A DNA stretch of 64,000 bases from Octopus sinensis. Lineage: Eukaryota. The notes beneath the pieces are model-generated. The model ran no database searches. It was not told the origin of the DNA and saw nothing but the letters and a program-made list of their open reading frames with translations. Where the stretch lies: positions 161,572,001-161,636,000 of the forward strand of contig NC_042997.1 in NCBI RefSeq assembly GCF_006345805.1. The letters are read 5' to 3'. This document shows positions 13,659 to 26,712 of this stretch, one piece after another. Positions within the stretch are counted from its first letter, which is position 1, and each line of letters begins with the position of its first letter. A program made the position numbers and the translations under genes.

Positions 13659-14041
13659 CTGCAAAGCAATTGGAGCATGAATTAATTGTAAAGCACATAT
13701 ACTTATAATCTTATCAAATATTTTTAAAGTTGAACAAGAACAAAAAATTACCTGGAATCTAATATATCTATATATCTCATATTTTACTTACATATATCCA
13801 TTTTATTTGTTATTGAGTTGTCATACAAGTGGAGCATAAGAATATTTTGTTTGAAAGGCTGACTTCGGTACTGCCTGATTCTGATTTTAATTCAATGTTT
13901 ATTCATTTAAGCATAAGTAATATATTTGAATAAAGGATACAGTTGAAATGGATATATCTTAACGAAAGTTACTTTCCTCAAGACTTACTCTGATGAAAAC
14001 TACAAATATATAAGTTATAAATAAAAACCATAATTACTTAC

Positions 14042-14341
14042 CTGGTGTTCTATATAAGCCAATAGGTGGGGTTGGATCACTCAAACCTCCTTTTGTATTT
14101 GCACGTATCCTGAAAAAGTAATCATGATTTGGTGACAAATTTTTGATTCTGTAACTTGTTCCAGTTACTCCTCTGGCTATCTCATGCCAATGATATCCTG
14201 GTATGTCTTGTTGTTCAATAATATAATCAATCACTGGATACTCCACTTCATGTACTGGCCTTTTAATTAGATACCATCTTAACAATATATCAGGACGTTC
14301 TTCAAAGATTTCTAAATTATGGATTGGTGGCTGGATAGGAG
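14042..14341 (-). CDS. Exon: FN3 #5
   Basis: DILLRW...DYIIEQQDIPGYHW...NLSPNHDYFFRIRANTKGGLSDP; 300 nt. Confidence 0.93.
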
Positions 14342-14744
14342 CTAAAGTAAGAATAAATAAAAAATTAAATGTTTTGCAAAAAAGAAGTGGTAACAATTCA
14401 GTATATGTTAAAAAAAATTAATGGAGTTATATAATGTATTGAACTTTATTTTCAAGTCATAGAAAATGACAATTTGTCTAAGGCCAACAATAAAAAAAGA
14501 TTTCAAACTCAGTCCATACAAAATCTATTGAACTTAATAATTCCATAGACTATTAGGTTTCATTTCAGGATTGAGTGAGTTCAATAAAAACTTAATTTAC
14601 ATTGTATTTCAAACATTATCTTGTTAATGATAATTTTATCTAAATTTATGACTGTGTATAACCTGCAGTAATATGAATTCAAACTCTGCTACAAGCACTA
14701 TTTTATGCTCTTATGAAATATATATTTGTCTATCTGCTTAGCTA

Positions 14745-15570
14745 AAATTGAGTGTAAGCATTAAAGAATTATCCATTTATGTCTTCTTAAGTTCTAAATT
14801 CAGGTCCAGGTAGAGGTGATAACATGAGAACAGATCAAATTCTAGAGTTGGTCCTATCAACTTACCAACAAAGTCTTGGCTTTGTATCAGTGTAAGAGAT
14901 GATTATGAATTAAAGAAATAGGAGTGTTGAGTTGGCAAAATTATTAGAGCATCATACAAAATGCCTTATAGTATTTAGTTATAACATTTACATTTTAGTT
15001 TCAAATCCTACCAAGGTCAACCTCTGGAATTGATGAAATTAAAGTATCAGTTAAATGCTGATGTTGATTTAATCAATGTATTTCCTCCCAACAAATTGCC
15101 AGCTTTGTGTTTAATTTAGAAGCAACCAAATAAATGATACATGAAAAAAATAAAGAAGTTATTAAAAAAAAGTTTTAGTTGTAGTAGTTGTGGTATTAGG
15201 ATAGTAGATTAGCAGAATGATTAGGTGATCAGTAATAATCCTTTCTACTATAGGCACAAGGCCTGAATTTTTGGGAAGAAGCTAGTTGATTACACTGACC
15301 CTTATGCTCAAATGGTGCTTAATTGATTGAACCCTGAAAAGATGAAAGACAAAGTCAATCTCCGCAGCATTTGAATGCAGAATATAAAAGCAGATAAAAT
15401 ACTGCTAAGCATTCCATCTGACATGCATATGATTCTGTCAACTCATAGTCTTAATGTTTATGATAATGCATTAGTAATAATGGTTTCAAATTTTGGTGCA
15501 GGGCTAGCAGTTTTTGAGGAGAGGGGGACATTAATTATATCGACTCCAGTACTTGACTGATACTTATTTT
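14745..15570. mobile_element. Cluster of decayed tRNA-type SINE copies in both orientations (relatives near 2270-2450, 31110-31310, 49240-49420, 51150-51270, 53290-53490, 54300-54430, 57745-57900)
   Basis: Recurring motif GATGAAAGGCAAAGT(C/T)GACCT...GGAATTTGAACTCAGAA and its reverse complement. Confidence 0.7.
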
Positions 15571-15996
15571 AAAATTCAACAAATCATTACTTCTAAAGAT
15601 TACAATCACTTTTGCTTTTAAAATCTATTAAATTTTTTTAATTGGTGTTATGATGAATAGGTTTGCACATTTAAGACATTTGGATGAATTATTTTATTCA
15701 CTTTTCATGTTAGTTTATTAAACTTATCATTATTTTGTAGTCCTGCCAATAATGTTAACATTGTTTCTTGGAGATATTCATTTGGTTTGGATATGCTAAT
15801 CATAAAATTACCTATATTCTAGAGACTTTTCAATAAAAGTGAGCAAGCTTATTTTATCCATAAATTGGGGGGAAATAAATGTCAAATGGAGATCAATGAC
15901 GGAGAAAACAACAATTTTGATAAAAATATATTTAGGCACCAAATAAATTGGGAAAATTGTTAAACTTTAAAGGTAATTTTAATTTAGACTACTTAC

Positions 15997-16299
15997 ATGC
16001 AAACCTACGTAAAGCAACTGTTCTTGAAGGAGGGCTCAATCCATATTCACTTAAAGCTCTAACTCGGAAGTTGTAATCTCGAGCAGGAGTAATATCACCT
16101 AAATGGTAACTTGTTGTTGGTACACCACTGACGACTGGATGCCAGTCTGGATGAGGAGGCTGTTGTGATTCAATCATAAATAAAAGTGATCCATCACCAT
16201 CACCATAGCTAGGTATATCTGTTCTGCTCCATCTGAGATTTACAGTGCTTGGTTCATATTGTTCTATATCCAGATGATCAAGGGGGCTTTTACCTTTTG
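15997..16299 (-). CDS. Exon: FN3 #4
   Basis: PSTVNLRW...FMIESQQPPHPDW...ITPARDYNFRVRALSEYG; 303 nt. Confidence 0.93.
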
Positions 16300-16759
16300 C
16301 TGAAAATAAGTGCAATCCATACAAACAGTATTATATATGTATATAATTCTATTGTTTACCATCAAAATTGAAAATCCTGTTATCAATAATTGTTAAAATT
16401 ATGAAAAGTAATCATTGTGATGGCAATAAAATATACAATTGTGTAACGAATCTTAAAGGTAAAAAATTTAATTATTTTTGCTTGATCATCAATTTTGCAA
16501 AAAAATCATCGATATTAGTATTATTGATATCAATATAATATGAAAGTCACAAATTATATTTGATAAAACCTATTATACATTCATTCTCATGAACATTCTA
16601 CCAATTATTAGACAAGATGTATTTGTTGGTAAAAGTAGGTCTTTACATGTTATTCTGAATACCAAGTAAAAAGAAAATAACAAATAAATAAGCAAAAAAA
16701 GAATATATCAACTAAAAAGAGCACAAGAGCATTTTGCCTTCTGCTGGATGAAAATTTAC

Positions 16760-17062
16760 CCATAGTTCTGTACATATTTACAGGTGGTGATGGTTCAGTA
16801 ACTCCCAATGGAGAATATGCTCTCACTCGGAATCTATAATCTTTATTTGGCTCCAGCCCTTTGATAACGTAAGATGTGTCTGGTATTTTGGATGCATATT
16901 CACGCCATTTATGTTCAGGAGGTTGTTGTATTTCAATAATATATGTTAGCTCATCATCTGTGGCTCTGAAACTTGGTATGTGTAACCGATTCCATCGAAG
17001 ACGAATTGATGTTGGGTCAAGGTTTTCAATGTAAGGACGATCAACTGGTATACCAGGATATA
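16760..17062 (-). CDS. Exon: FN3 #3 (missed by the ORF track)
   Basis: YPGIPVDRPYIENLDPTSIRLRWNRLHIPSF...YIIEIQQPPEHKW...GLEPNKDYRFRVRAYSPLGVTEPS; 303 nt. Confidence 0.93.
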
Positions 17063-17649
17063 CTAAAATAGTAATTATAATGCAGAGAGAAACTCAATGA
17101 ACATAATATAAATAGAAATAGAAATAGAAAAAGAGTTTTAATGATAAATACAAATAAATCAGAATATATAATTTTGTAGTTGCAAACTATTACCTTAGAG
17201 GTAAATCTAAATTGATATATTTCACATTTTTATTACCAATTATTTGTTTACTTTTGTATTTCTCATGTTTGTGTTCATGACTGATTAAAAAGCTTTAGTA
17301 AATGTTATATAGTAATAACATTTTTGAAATTTTCAGAAAATCCATTTTCATATCAAAAGAAATAAAAAAAATAGTCAATTTTCTATGATACTGATCAAGG
17401 ATAAGGAATTTTAAAATTCTGCAGATATTATTTTATAACTGTAGTAATGGAAGAAAAACTGCCATAATTGAAAGAATGTTGAATATGTATTAAATTTAAA
17501 AGAAGGAGAAGAAGTGAAGAGACAAACCACTAGAGACATAGTGCATGCAAGGCAGATGACTACTTGAAATATACAAAAATGGAAAAAAACATATAAGAGG
17601 AAAGAATGAAGTAAGCTGGTGCTACAGAAAAAAGCACTTAGTACGTTCT

Positions 17650-17800
17650 GTAAAGTAGTTGATATTAGGAAGGGCATCCAACTGTAGAAACCATGCCAAA
17701 ACTAAGATGCAGGGGCAAAACTTGATACTCCAATAAGTTCAATCCTGTTAAACTGTCCATCCCATACCAGGATGGAAAGTGGTTATTAAAATGGTGGTGG
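17650..17800 (+). mobile_element. Older degenerate RTE 3' end, tail-to-tail with the 17832 copy
   Basis: gttgatattaggaagggcatccaactgtagaaaccatgccaaa...atggaaagtggttattaaa. Confidence 0.7.
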
Positions 17801-17831
17801 TGGAGGAAAGGAAAAAATAATATTTAGAACT

Positions 17832-19177
17832 CATCATCATCATCATCATCGTCGTTTAACGTCCGTTCTCCATGCTAGCATGGGTTGGACGGTTCGACCG
17901 GGGTTCTGGGAAGCCAGAAGGCTGCACCAGGCTCCAGTCTAATCTGGCAATGTTTCTACAGCTGGATGCCCTTCCTAACGCCAACCACTCCGTGAGTGTA
18001 GTGGGTGCTTTTTACGTGCCACCTGCACAGGTGCCAGGCGGGGCTGGCAACGGCCACGGTCAGATTGGTGTATTTTATGTGCCACCGGCACGGAAGCCAG
18101 TCGGCCACGAGTCGGATAGTGCTTTTTACGTACCACCAGACCAGGGATCCTGGCTGGTTCAATTCGATTTCGATTTCGCTTGCCCCAACATGTCTTCACA
18201 AGCAAAGGGGGTTGGCATGGGTGCCTGTCGTACGGTCGCATTGGAGTATTTTACGTGCCACGGCCACGAGTCGGATAGTGCTTTTTACGTACACCAGACC
18301 AGGGATCCTGGCTGGTTCAATTCGATTTCGATTTCGCTTGCCCCAACATGTCTTCACAAGCAAAGGGGGTTGGCATGGGTGCCTGTCGTACGGTCGCATT
18401 GGAGTATTTTACGTGCCACGGCCACGAGTCGGATAGTGCTTTTTACGTACCACCAGGCCAGGGATCCTGGCTGGTTCAATTCGGTTTCGATTTCGATTTC
18501 GCTTGCCCCAACATGTCTTCGCAAGCATGGGGGGTTGGCATGGGTGTCTGTCGTCGGATGAGGTTCTATATCGACTTCGCTTGCCTCAACCGGTCTTTGT
18601 GTCCAAGGGAGGAAAGGCATTCTCTCCTACCACATCACGATTCTCTCTCACACACTGTCTTGCAACACGAAATACCTCAAGTCTTTCATCCTCACGGCGC
18701 AGGACATTGGCAAATTTTCTCTTATCTGCTTCCCCTCTGGCTAGATAGACCTGTCTCCTAGCTTCCCTTCTGGCAGTCTGATACCCTTCCCTGCTACCAC
18801 CGTTCTTCCAGGCCTTCCAAGCCTGTTTCTTTTGTCTAATAGCCCTGTCAATAATATTGTTCCACCACCACGTTATTTTGGGTCTTAAGGGGACTTTGCA
18901 CCAGCCACAGATCTGGTCAGCGGCTTTCAGCAGGTTGTCCCTCAGAAACGTCCAGTTGTCTTCTACCCCATGTGTAGCTATACCCCCTTCCACTTCGTCA
19001 AAGGCTTCAAGTAACATATCTCTAAATCTCTGTCCATTCGCAGGGGCTTTAAGCTTCCAGACCCTTCTTCTCCATGTTGGTCGTCTTCTAGTCGCCCTCT
19101 TAGTCCTGATCCTAAAGTCACTAACTACCAGTCTATGTTGTGGGGTGCATTCTTCGCCTGGGAAGGTTTTGGCATTT
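17832..19177 (-). mobile_element. RTE-clade LINE, 5'-truncated and internally deleted, with (GAT)n tail
   Basis: ORF segment FPGEECTPQHRLVVSDF...TWWWN... (end of the AP endonuclease plus linker) joined directly to the 3' UTR; (CAT)n at 17832 on the plus strand. Confidence 0.9.
18103..18555. repeat. About 158-159-bp tandem repeat x about 2.8 within the RTE 3' UTR
   Basis: GGCCACGAGTCGGATAGTGCTTTTTACGTAC... starts at about 18103, 18262 and 18420; copies are nearly identical. Confidence 0.92.
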
Positions 19178-19845
19178 GCAATAAAATTCTTAAATAATAC
19201 AGTTCTCCTGCCTTTGGTGTGACAACATAAACACAATCAGGTATTTCTTCATTGAAAATGTTCAAATGGCCTTCAACTTCTTTTCTTCACTTTCTTCTTT
19301 GCCATTCTTTGTTACTATTGTTCAAGTACATGGGTGCTTCAACATAAAATAATGTTGTTGCAAAATCATCATTGATGCACGATGAAAAGAATTCTGTCAG
19401 TGTTATTCTTGTAAGTCATTCATTGACAGCCATATATATCCTCATTATTTCTGAGCAATATTCTTTGTTCATCTAGTAGATGAATTTGTAGTTTCACTAT
19501 TGCTGGTGCTCTTTCATGAATTGAAAATCCTAAGATGGATGTGACTGCTTTGGATGGTCCAATATACCTACCCATTAGTTATTGACTAATTTCATTATCA
19601 TTGTTTATTTGAACAGCAGCTTGATCATTTCCTTTCAGCTTGTACTTGATGACATACATAATTGACCTCACTGAGGCAATGATTTCAACATTTCAGTGGC
19701 ATTTGAATGCTCTTAAAAGAGTTTCATTATAAGGTACAACCCATTTGTTGCTTATTTTTCCATTCTTATGCGATTCAACTCCTCCAATTGCAACTAATCT
19801 TCATCTATAAAGAGATAATCTCTCTGACTGTTTCTCTGCCTTTTG
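19178..19845 (-). mobile_element. Decayed Helitron RepHel fragment
   Basis: Minus strand reads NKWVVPYNETLLRAFKCH*NVEIIASVRSIMYVIKYKLKGNDQA...GRYIGPSKA...GFSIHERAPAIVKLQIHL...GELYYLRILL, which are classic Helitron Rep-region motifs with stops. Confidence 0.88.
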
Positions 19846-20734
19846 AACAAGATGATAAAGATTAATATTCTATTTTAAATAAAATAGTAATTTTCCCCTT
19901 TAAGAAAAAAATCACGTACCCATGATTTAAAACATATCTCAATATAGGGAGAATTTCTCTTTCAGTTTATGGTGCTCAAAAGTTGTATAAATGATTAAAG
20001 GGAGAAAAAAAGAAAGTAAGAAAAAAGGATGGCCGAACGGTGGTAGCTACTTGATTTTTTTTTAAAGGGGGAAATGACAATTTTATTTGTAATCTTTATC
20101 ATCTTAATCAAATAACAGAAAAAAAAAACTTTTAGTTTTAGTATAATACAGATAGGAATAAATCCATCATTTATTCATCCCATAAGGACAAACTTGAAGG
20201 CAGACAGACAAACAACGGGGGAGATGTATATTGTATATATGTGTGTATATGTTTATTGTGTGCATGTGTATGCTTGTTGTCCATATGTACTTTTGTTCTT
20301 ATTTTGCCCAGCTTTAACTGTAATGGAGCTTATGATAAAAATTATTCCAGTTGTGTATCTCCTGCCCTTTGTATATGTGCAGAGAACACAGGACTACATT
20401 AGCCAACATGTCCTGTTTCAAGACAGAAGCTTATGAATTGAGAGAGATTTGGCTGCTACTTTTATGAGGTCTGGCTAAACTGTAAAAGCCATACAGACAG
20501 TAGAGTGCAATTTTTAAATTGATATAACTTCTACTTCTGATATGTTGAATGACTACAGAGGGATTCCATGGCAAAACAACTATTACAACAACAGCAACAA
20601 CATTATATTATTTAGTTATGAACTTTTAATTTTCTTTTGTATTTCATTTTACACATTGCTTAATCTACAGGTTTTAGTTTATTTCATTTGATTTGAATAA
20701 ATGTTTGCATGATAATGCATGTGCTTATATATAT

Positions 20735-20755
20735 CTGTATGTATGTGTGTGTGTG

Positions 20756-20787
<32 letters not shown>

Positions 20788-21300
20788 TGTATGTATTTAT
20801 TATTTCAAGTTTCTCCAGTCCACTCAGCTGGCAAAAATGAGTTGTACCTATGATTCAAAGGACCAACCCCATCACATTCTGTCATATTTCATATTGTCAT
20901 TCTGTCAATTTCGCTAAGAACTACATTGAGGGTATACATACCTGTGGAATACTCAGCCACCTACATATAAATTTCACAAGTAGGCTGTTTCATTGATCTG
21001 ATCAACTGGAATGTTTATCATTGTAACTGACCGAGTGCCAGTTTTGTGTGTGTGTGTGTGTGTGTGTACGCATGTGCATGTGTGCTCGCGCATGTGTGTA
21101 TGTCATTGTTCAGTTTTATTTCAAGATTTCTTGCCAATAAAGAAAGCCAGTTTCTAACCTAGATTCAAGGTCCTTCATTGGAATTTCAACATTAACAGCA
21201 GGGTATGTATGTATGTATGTATGTATGTATGTATGTATGTATGTATGTATGTATGTATGCATGCATGTATGTATGGATGCATGCATGCATGCATATATGT
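20735..21300. repeat. Cluster of (TATG)n, (TG)n and (TGCA)n microsatellites
   Basis: Runs at 20735-20795, 21045-21100 and 21203-21300. Confidence 0.9.
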
Positions 21301-22891
21301 ATATCATGCAAATTATAATGTTAATCAGAAGGACTGAAATGAATTTGAATATTTGAAAGAGTAGCTGTGAGAGAATTATAAGAGAAAGAATTCTCTGGAG
21401 GGACCAAATTAATTTTTTGTTACTGCTCCTCAGGGAAAGCATACCTAGTTTCCTTCCCCAATCAAGCATGGAATATTTATCTAATTTATTAAGTAGTTAT
21501 AAATTATGTTGTCACAATGGTGAAAAGTATAATTGGCATATTTATGTTTTTGACAACTCATCTTTTAATTAAATGATATATTTATTTTATGTGCAGCATA
21601 AATGTATACAGCATAAATATGTACAGCATAAATGTACAGCATAAATGTAAGGAACAAATTGAGGGTGTCTGGAGTGTTGGACAAGAGAAATTTTGCAAAT
21701 TGAAATAATTGTGAATATTAACTTCAGAGTGAGGTGAGACAGATCACTTCATTGAAGGACAAAAGATAATCAAACAGCTATACTTGTTTGGTGGTGTTCA
21801 CTAACTCATTAAGACAACCCATGAATTCGTAAGATGGAGTAAGAGACACTTTGAACAAAACAATTGGATATTTCAGTTACTAATAACTAAGTGAAAGAAG
21901 GGAAGGATGAGGAGAATATATTTTATGGATGACACAGACACCACTTTTGAGAATGAAGTTGGAATATGGAATGTCAGCTATTAAGGAAAATCAATGACAC
22001 ACTTCATTAACAAATGCATCAAACTCAACCATTACACATTGTCTTTAAAACAATGATTAAAGCAGATCTGAAACTTTGAAAAGGTTATCCATGTAAGTTA
22101 GAAATAAAAATAAAACAAGGAAAACATATACAAAAGAAAGCAAAAAATAGAGTGAATAATTTCAGAATAAAAAAGAAAAAGGAAAGCATACACAGCAATT
22201 ATTTTCAAAAATACATGACAAAATCTAAATAAAATATATTTTTGCTTTCTGTGAAATTTATAAACTAAGTCTTTTCTGTTCTATTGCAAAGACTGTTTTC
22301 AAAAGAGTTCTACTTATATTCGAAATTATTTTGGTCTCCTTACTAGGGAATAAATCAGCTAACATTGATAGACAGATCAGCTTTTGCTTCCCTTTTACTT
22401 CCTTTATTTCCTCTTGTATTTCCTACTTGAGGCAGATGTTAAGTCTCTATTGCTGAATGGCGAAATAACTTAAAGCAATTCATAGAAACATATGTGCTTG
22501 TACAAATGCATGTGTGTTTGTAAACAAAATGTCAATAGCAACATAAAAGTATGTCAGACAGGAGACTCGTGCACACACACACACTCACACACACACACTC
22601 ACACACACACACACACACACACATGAATACACCATCATCTTCAGTAGCAGCAGCATCAGTGTCATTGTCTTTTTAATGTCTAATTTTGCTTAAGTCAGAG
22701 ATTCTTTCTATGATTGGATTCAACCTTCATCTGTTTCCAAGCAAGGCAATAGTTGCCCTGAATGATTGTAAATAAATAATACCAATTATATGAACAGTGG
22801 TTCATTTATGTTACTGCTATGAACTATCCTGCAGGACTTGATTAACTATCTGAGAGGTAATCATGTATCTTTCCTCACCAGATATTCTGAG

Positions 22892-22927
<36 letters not shown>

Positions 22928-24398
22928 CATATATATATATACACATATCATTGTACTATGCTGTACTTCATTTGTATTCTTGTGTTTGCTCTTACTCTTA
23001 TTCTATTTGAAAGGAGAAACACAACTTAGCTATTCGTAACTGACTTTTATATGTATTAGCCCCACCAACCACTTAGACCCTCTGAAGAAGCCTAGGGGCA
23101 CATCTACTATCCAAGCCTTGTCTGCCCACCCCTGCATAACACTGAAGAGGTGGAGATAACCTGGAAGATTTCATTGCCTCTTGGCAGAAATAGTCATAAG
23201 GACCTAGCACCTGCACACCCATTTAGTTTTTTGCCAATTTGCTCATTTGCTCAATTGCTCATTTGTTTCTATATGCTTATATGTATTCACACCCTTGTTT
23301 ATGCAGTTACTAGCTTTTTCCACTCACTAATCTGTACCACTTATACATGTGTGTGTAGTCATCCAATACATTTGAATAAATAGACATACTGGAATGTTTA
23401 CCGGTTGATGTCTGTCAATTTTATATCCTCTCCGTTTTCTTATTTGCTATATATATATATATATATATACATACATTTCTAGATATGTATGTTCTCTCTT
23501 GTTTTAGTATATTAGTTATGCTATTGATGAGAGGGGTTTCATATACACAGGCAACTTAGAATTTTCATAATTACCTGCTCAAATTTTTTTACATATATTT
23601 GCAAAGTGCATGACTATAGACACACATAGATCCCTAGATTCACATATACATATCTTGCAGTATGTAATGCTAATTAAAATATTTTTATATTACCAACAAA
23701 ATTATTTTGAAGCCATTTGCATCCACATATATCTAAAGCTGCTTTATGTGTACATAAAGCAGCTTTAAATATAAATACACTATAAATATATTCAAAATAT
23801 TTTTGTATAAAATCACTCAGGCATGCCACATGCTTAAAATGATATTTAATCATTTTGATTATATTACCTGGATATTTCTCCCACTCAATGGATATTCCTG
23901 AAGACATAGAATATATCAACAAATAACAAGTGAAAAAATTCACCCTTTCTTAATAATAATATATAACATTATAAAAATGTTTCTCATCTGAAACAATGAT
24001 TTCTTACATCATTTTGTATCTTATTTGAACTAATTATATTGTAATTTTTTAAAATTAAACTTTAATTACCAATGTTTATGTTCCAAATTTTTAATTTGTT
24101 GCACTATTCATTTTAAACTGATAGTATTCTTGCCCTTAGGGGATAATGTTGAAAATATAAAGTTCACAAGTAAGTCTTGTATAAAACAAAATAGAACAAA
24201 ATACTTTTAGAGATATGTGAAAAGGATACATAGAATATTTAGCTATCTAAAGATTACTTAGACATTTAAAATGGTCATGAGACAACCAAAAGTTTATTTA
24301 TGAATAGCCAAGCAATGAAATTAAATCTAGTAAAGGATAACTGTTCTAAGAATGCTCAATAAAAGAAAATTGTTTCAATTTAAAAACTGAATTTTTAC

Positions 24399-24710
24399 CT
24401 TTAGCTCTTCTTAAAGTAATTGGATATGTAGGTTCACTTAGAACACCATGATCAATTTCTGCTCTGACTCGAATCATGTAGTCTTTTTCTGGATTTAAAC
24501 CATGAATATAATGACTAGTATCAGGTATACCACTTGCCAAAGGTATCCAGTCATTACTTGGAAGCTCAGAAATTTCCAACCTATAGGTATGTGGTGTATG
24601 CCTTCTTTTGCTACTTTCAGGAGTAAGTTGCATGGGTCTCCAAGCTAATCTCGTGGATTCTTCACCGAAATCTGGGAGTAGTGGTTTTGTCAAAGGAAAC
24701 GATGGCATAG
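24399..24710 (-). CDS. Exon: FN3 #2
   Basis: STRLAW...YRLE...W...GLNPEKDYMIRVRAE...SEP; 312 nt. Confidence 0.93.
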
Positions 24711-25426
24711 CTGAAAAGATTTAATATTTTAATTCCATAACTATTTAAGACCTCAAAGTCACAATTTAAATAACCTGAATTTATCAGCAAACATTATGAT
24801 CTTAAATTATGCACATGGAAAATGTGGAAATTTTTATAAAATATAAAATAACTTTTTGTTTAATATTAAAGATATTTTTCAAACATAAAGTCATACATTT
24901 AAGCATTTTAAATAATCATCTTTATATTTAAATTTTTAATTCAATTTCGAATTAATTGTGTATTCAACTTCTCTTTGTCATAATCAGAGATGGAGATGGG
25001 TTTACAAACTAGGGGTATACAAAGGTCTGTGAGGCTGAAGTTGAGAAGGAAGTGAGGTTAGATACTAAGAGGCTTCCTTACACATACACACACCCGTGAG
25101 TTTATTAATAGGAATACTGCAACCAGTGGATCCTCCCCATTTTCCTCACTAGTCATAATAATAATCATATACATTACTAACAGAAAAAATTGAAGTCAAA
25201 CAAATGCTTTGCAGTAGTTATTTTGTACTTTTGTAATCTAAGTTTAAATTCTGCTTCAGTCACTTCTTTTTTACTTATGATGAACCAATAATGTAATGTT
25301 GTCTGTTCAATGAAGAGCAGCCCTTGTTTCATAGAAATTAATCTTATGTCTAAAAAGGAAAATTATAATTGAAACAAGTTATGAAAATGTGTTTGTACCT
25401 CAAATATGATTTCTACTTTGACTTAC

Positions 25427-25726
25427 CAGTTCTTCTTGGCAGCATCACAGGTGCTGTTGGTTCTGAGGTAAAATTCTTATTTTCAGCTTTAATACGGAAC
25501 ATATATTCAGTATCAGGGTTCAGATTATCAAGATAGTGATCATTTCCCTTTATTCCAGATGCAAATGGCTTCCATGATCTGTGGGGTAATTCTCTACTCT
25601 CAATGCTATATGTAATTGGACCGACTTTAGAAGGAATATCAGCAGACACAGCTGGAACCCAAGAAAGCCTTGCAGAAGTTGGTTTGATATCAGACATAGA
25701 TGGACGACCTGCATAGCATCCAGAAA
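25427..25726 (-). CDS. Exon: FN3 #1
   Basis: PTSARLSW...ITYSIE...W...LDNLNPDTEYMFRIKAEN...SEP; 300 nt, phase 1/1. Confidence 0.9.
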
Positions 25727-26154
25727 CTTTAAAAAAAGAATTAAAAGGTTATACAATATTACAATGTCACCAGATTTTATAATATAAAATTCAATTTCAT
25801 ATAAATTTGTTAAAGACAAAAAACATAAACTGAAATATTAAAACTGATACCTTAAACTCCACCTGTTTATATAATTCTTTAATCAATAACAGAGGAATTC
25901 TTGACTGGCTGACTTGGAGGACTCATATATAATAAACAGCTGAGTTCACAGCTGAATTTGTCAAATAAGTGGAAGTAGTTTTCCAAGTGTGAGAGCAGAA
26001 TCAATGGACCAAAGAGTTATATAAGCAGAAATTTTAGGCTGAGTATCCAATGCAAACTATGGGTATACACAAGAAATACATACAGGTTGACAAAAAAGGT
26101 CTTCATATGTAGTAGATGAACAGGAGTGGTTAGTAGTAACTGCACCTATTAAAG

Positions 26155-26712
26155 CAGGGGTTGGAGAAATTTTTTAACCAATTACTCCAAAATTTATGCT
26201 GACATTACCTCCTTGATTTGAAAGGAAGAAAATCATAGATTCTTTGAATTCAAAAGGTTTATTGAATTTATTTATATAGAGAATACAATTATAAATATAA
26301 AATGTATAAAACAAATGCAATAAAATAAATTAATATCCTCATTGTGAAACAAAAGGATTTTTCTTGAAACTTTTTCACTTTAGGCTTAGGAGCAATGATG
26401 TCTCAATTTTGTTACAATTTCATTAAAATTGGGGCATTTTGATGCCAGAGCAATTTGGATAGTCTTCAGGATCTAATCAATTTCTCTGTTTTTGCTTTTA
26501 TGTTCATTAGAGTGGAAAATCCTTATTTGCAAAGGTAGGTTGTTGCAAAAGGCAGCAACTTTTTGACTGCCTCCTTATGTCAGAAAAATTTTTGTTGTAA
26601 CAAAGAACATGTTTTTTTCATATAATATTAATTGTCTAATGAGTTCTCATTACCCCCAAGAATATTACTTTTACCCTGCTTGAGGTAATCTACCTTGGTT
26701 TGCTGACCCTTG
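26155..26712 (-). mobile_element. Internally deleted hAT (Buster/Charlie-type) element
   Basis: Ends CAGGGGTTGG... and ...TTTGCTGACCCTTG; flanks tatTAaag / catTAtag resemble an 8-bp nnnTAnnn TSD; minus strand reads AVKKLLPFATTYLCK*GFSTLMNIK (hAT dimerization motif). Confidence 0.85.

Noticed and set aside
17872-18761. Several overlapping 68-229 aa ORFs
   Set aside because: They arise from the GC-rich tandemly repeated RTE 3' UTR and show no recognisable protein motif.
21590-21650. Short tandem duplications (here about 14-16 bp x4; also at 12332-12385, 44486-44520 and 48258-48306)
   Set aside because: Ordinary slippage products with no sign of function.
4858-25726. FN3 exons as a Dscam-like mutually exclusive cluster or an extracellular receptor
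   Set aside because: Introns are long enough for sequential splicing, and I saw no docking/selector sequences. The FN3s are of the intracellular muscle-protein type and are in frame with a cytoplasmic RhoGEF.
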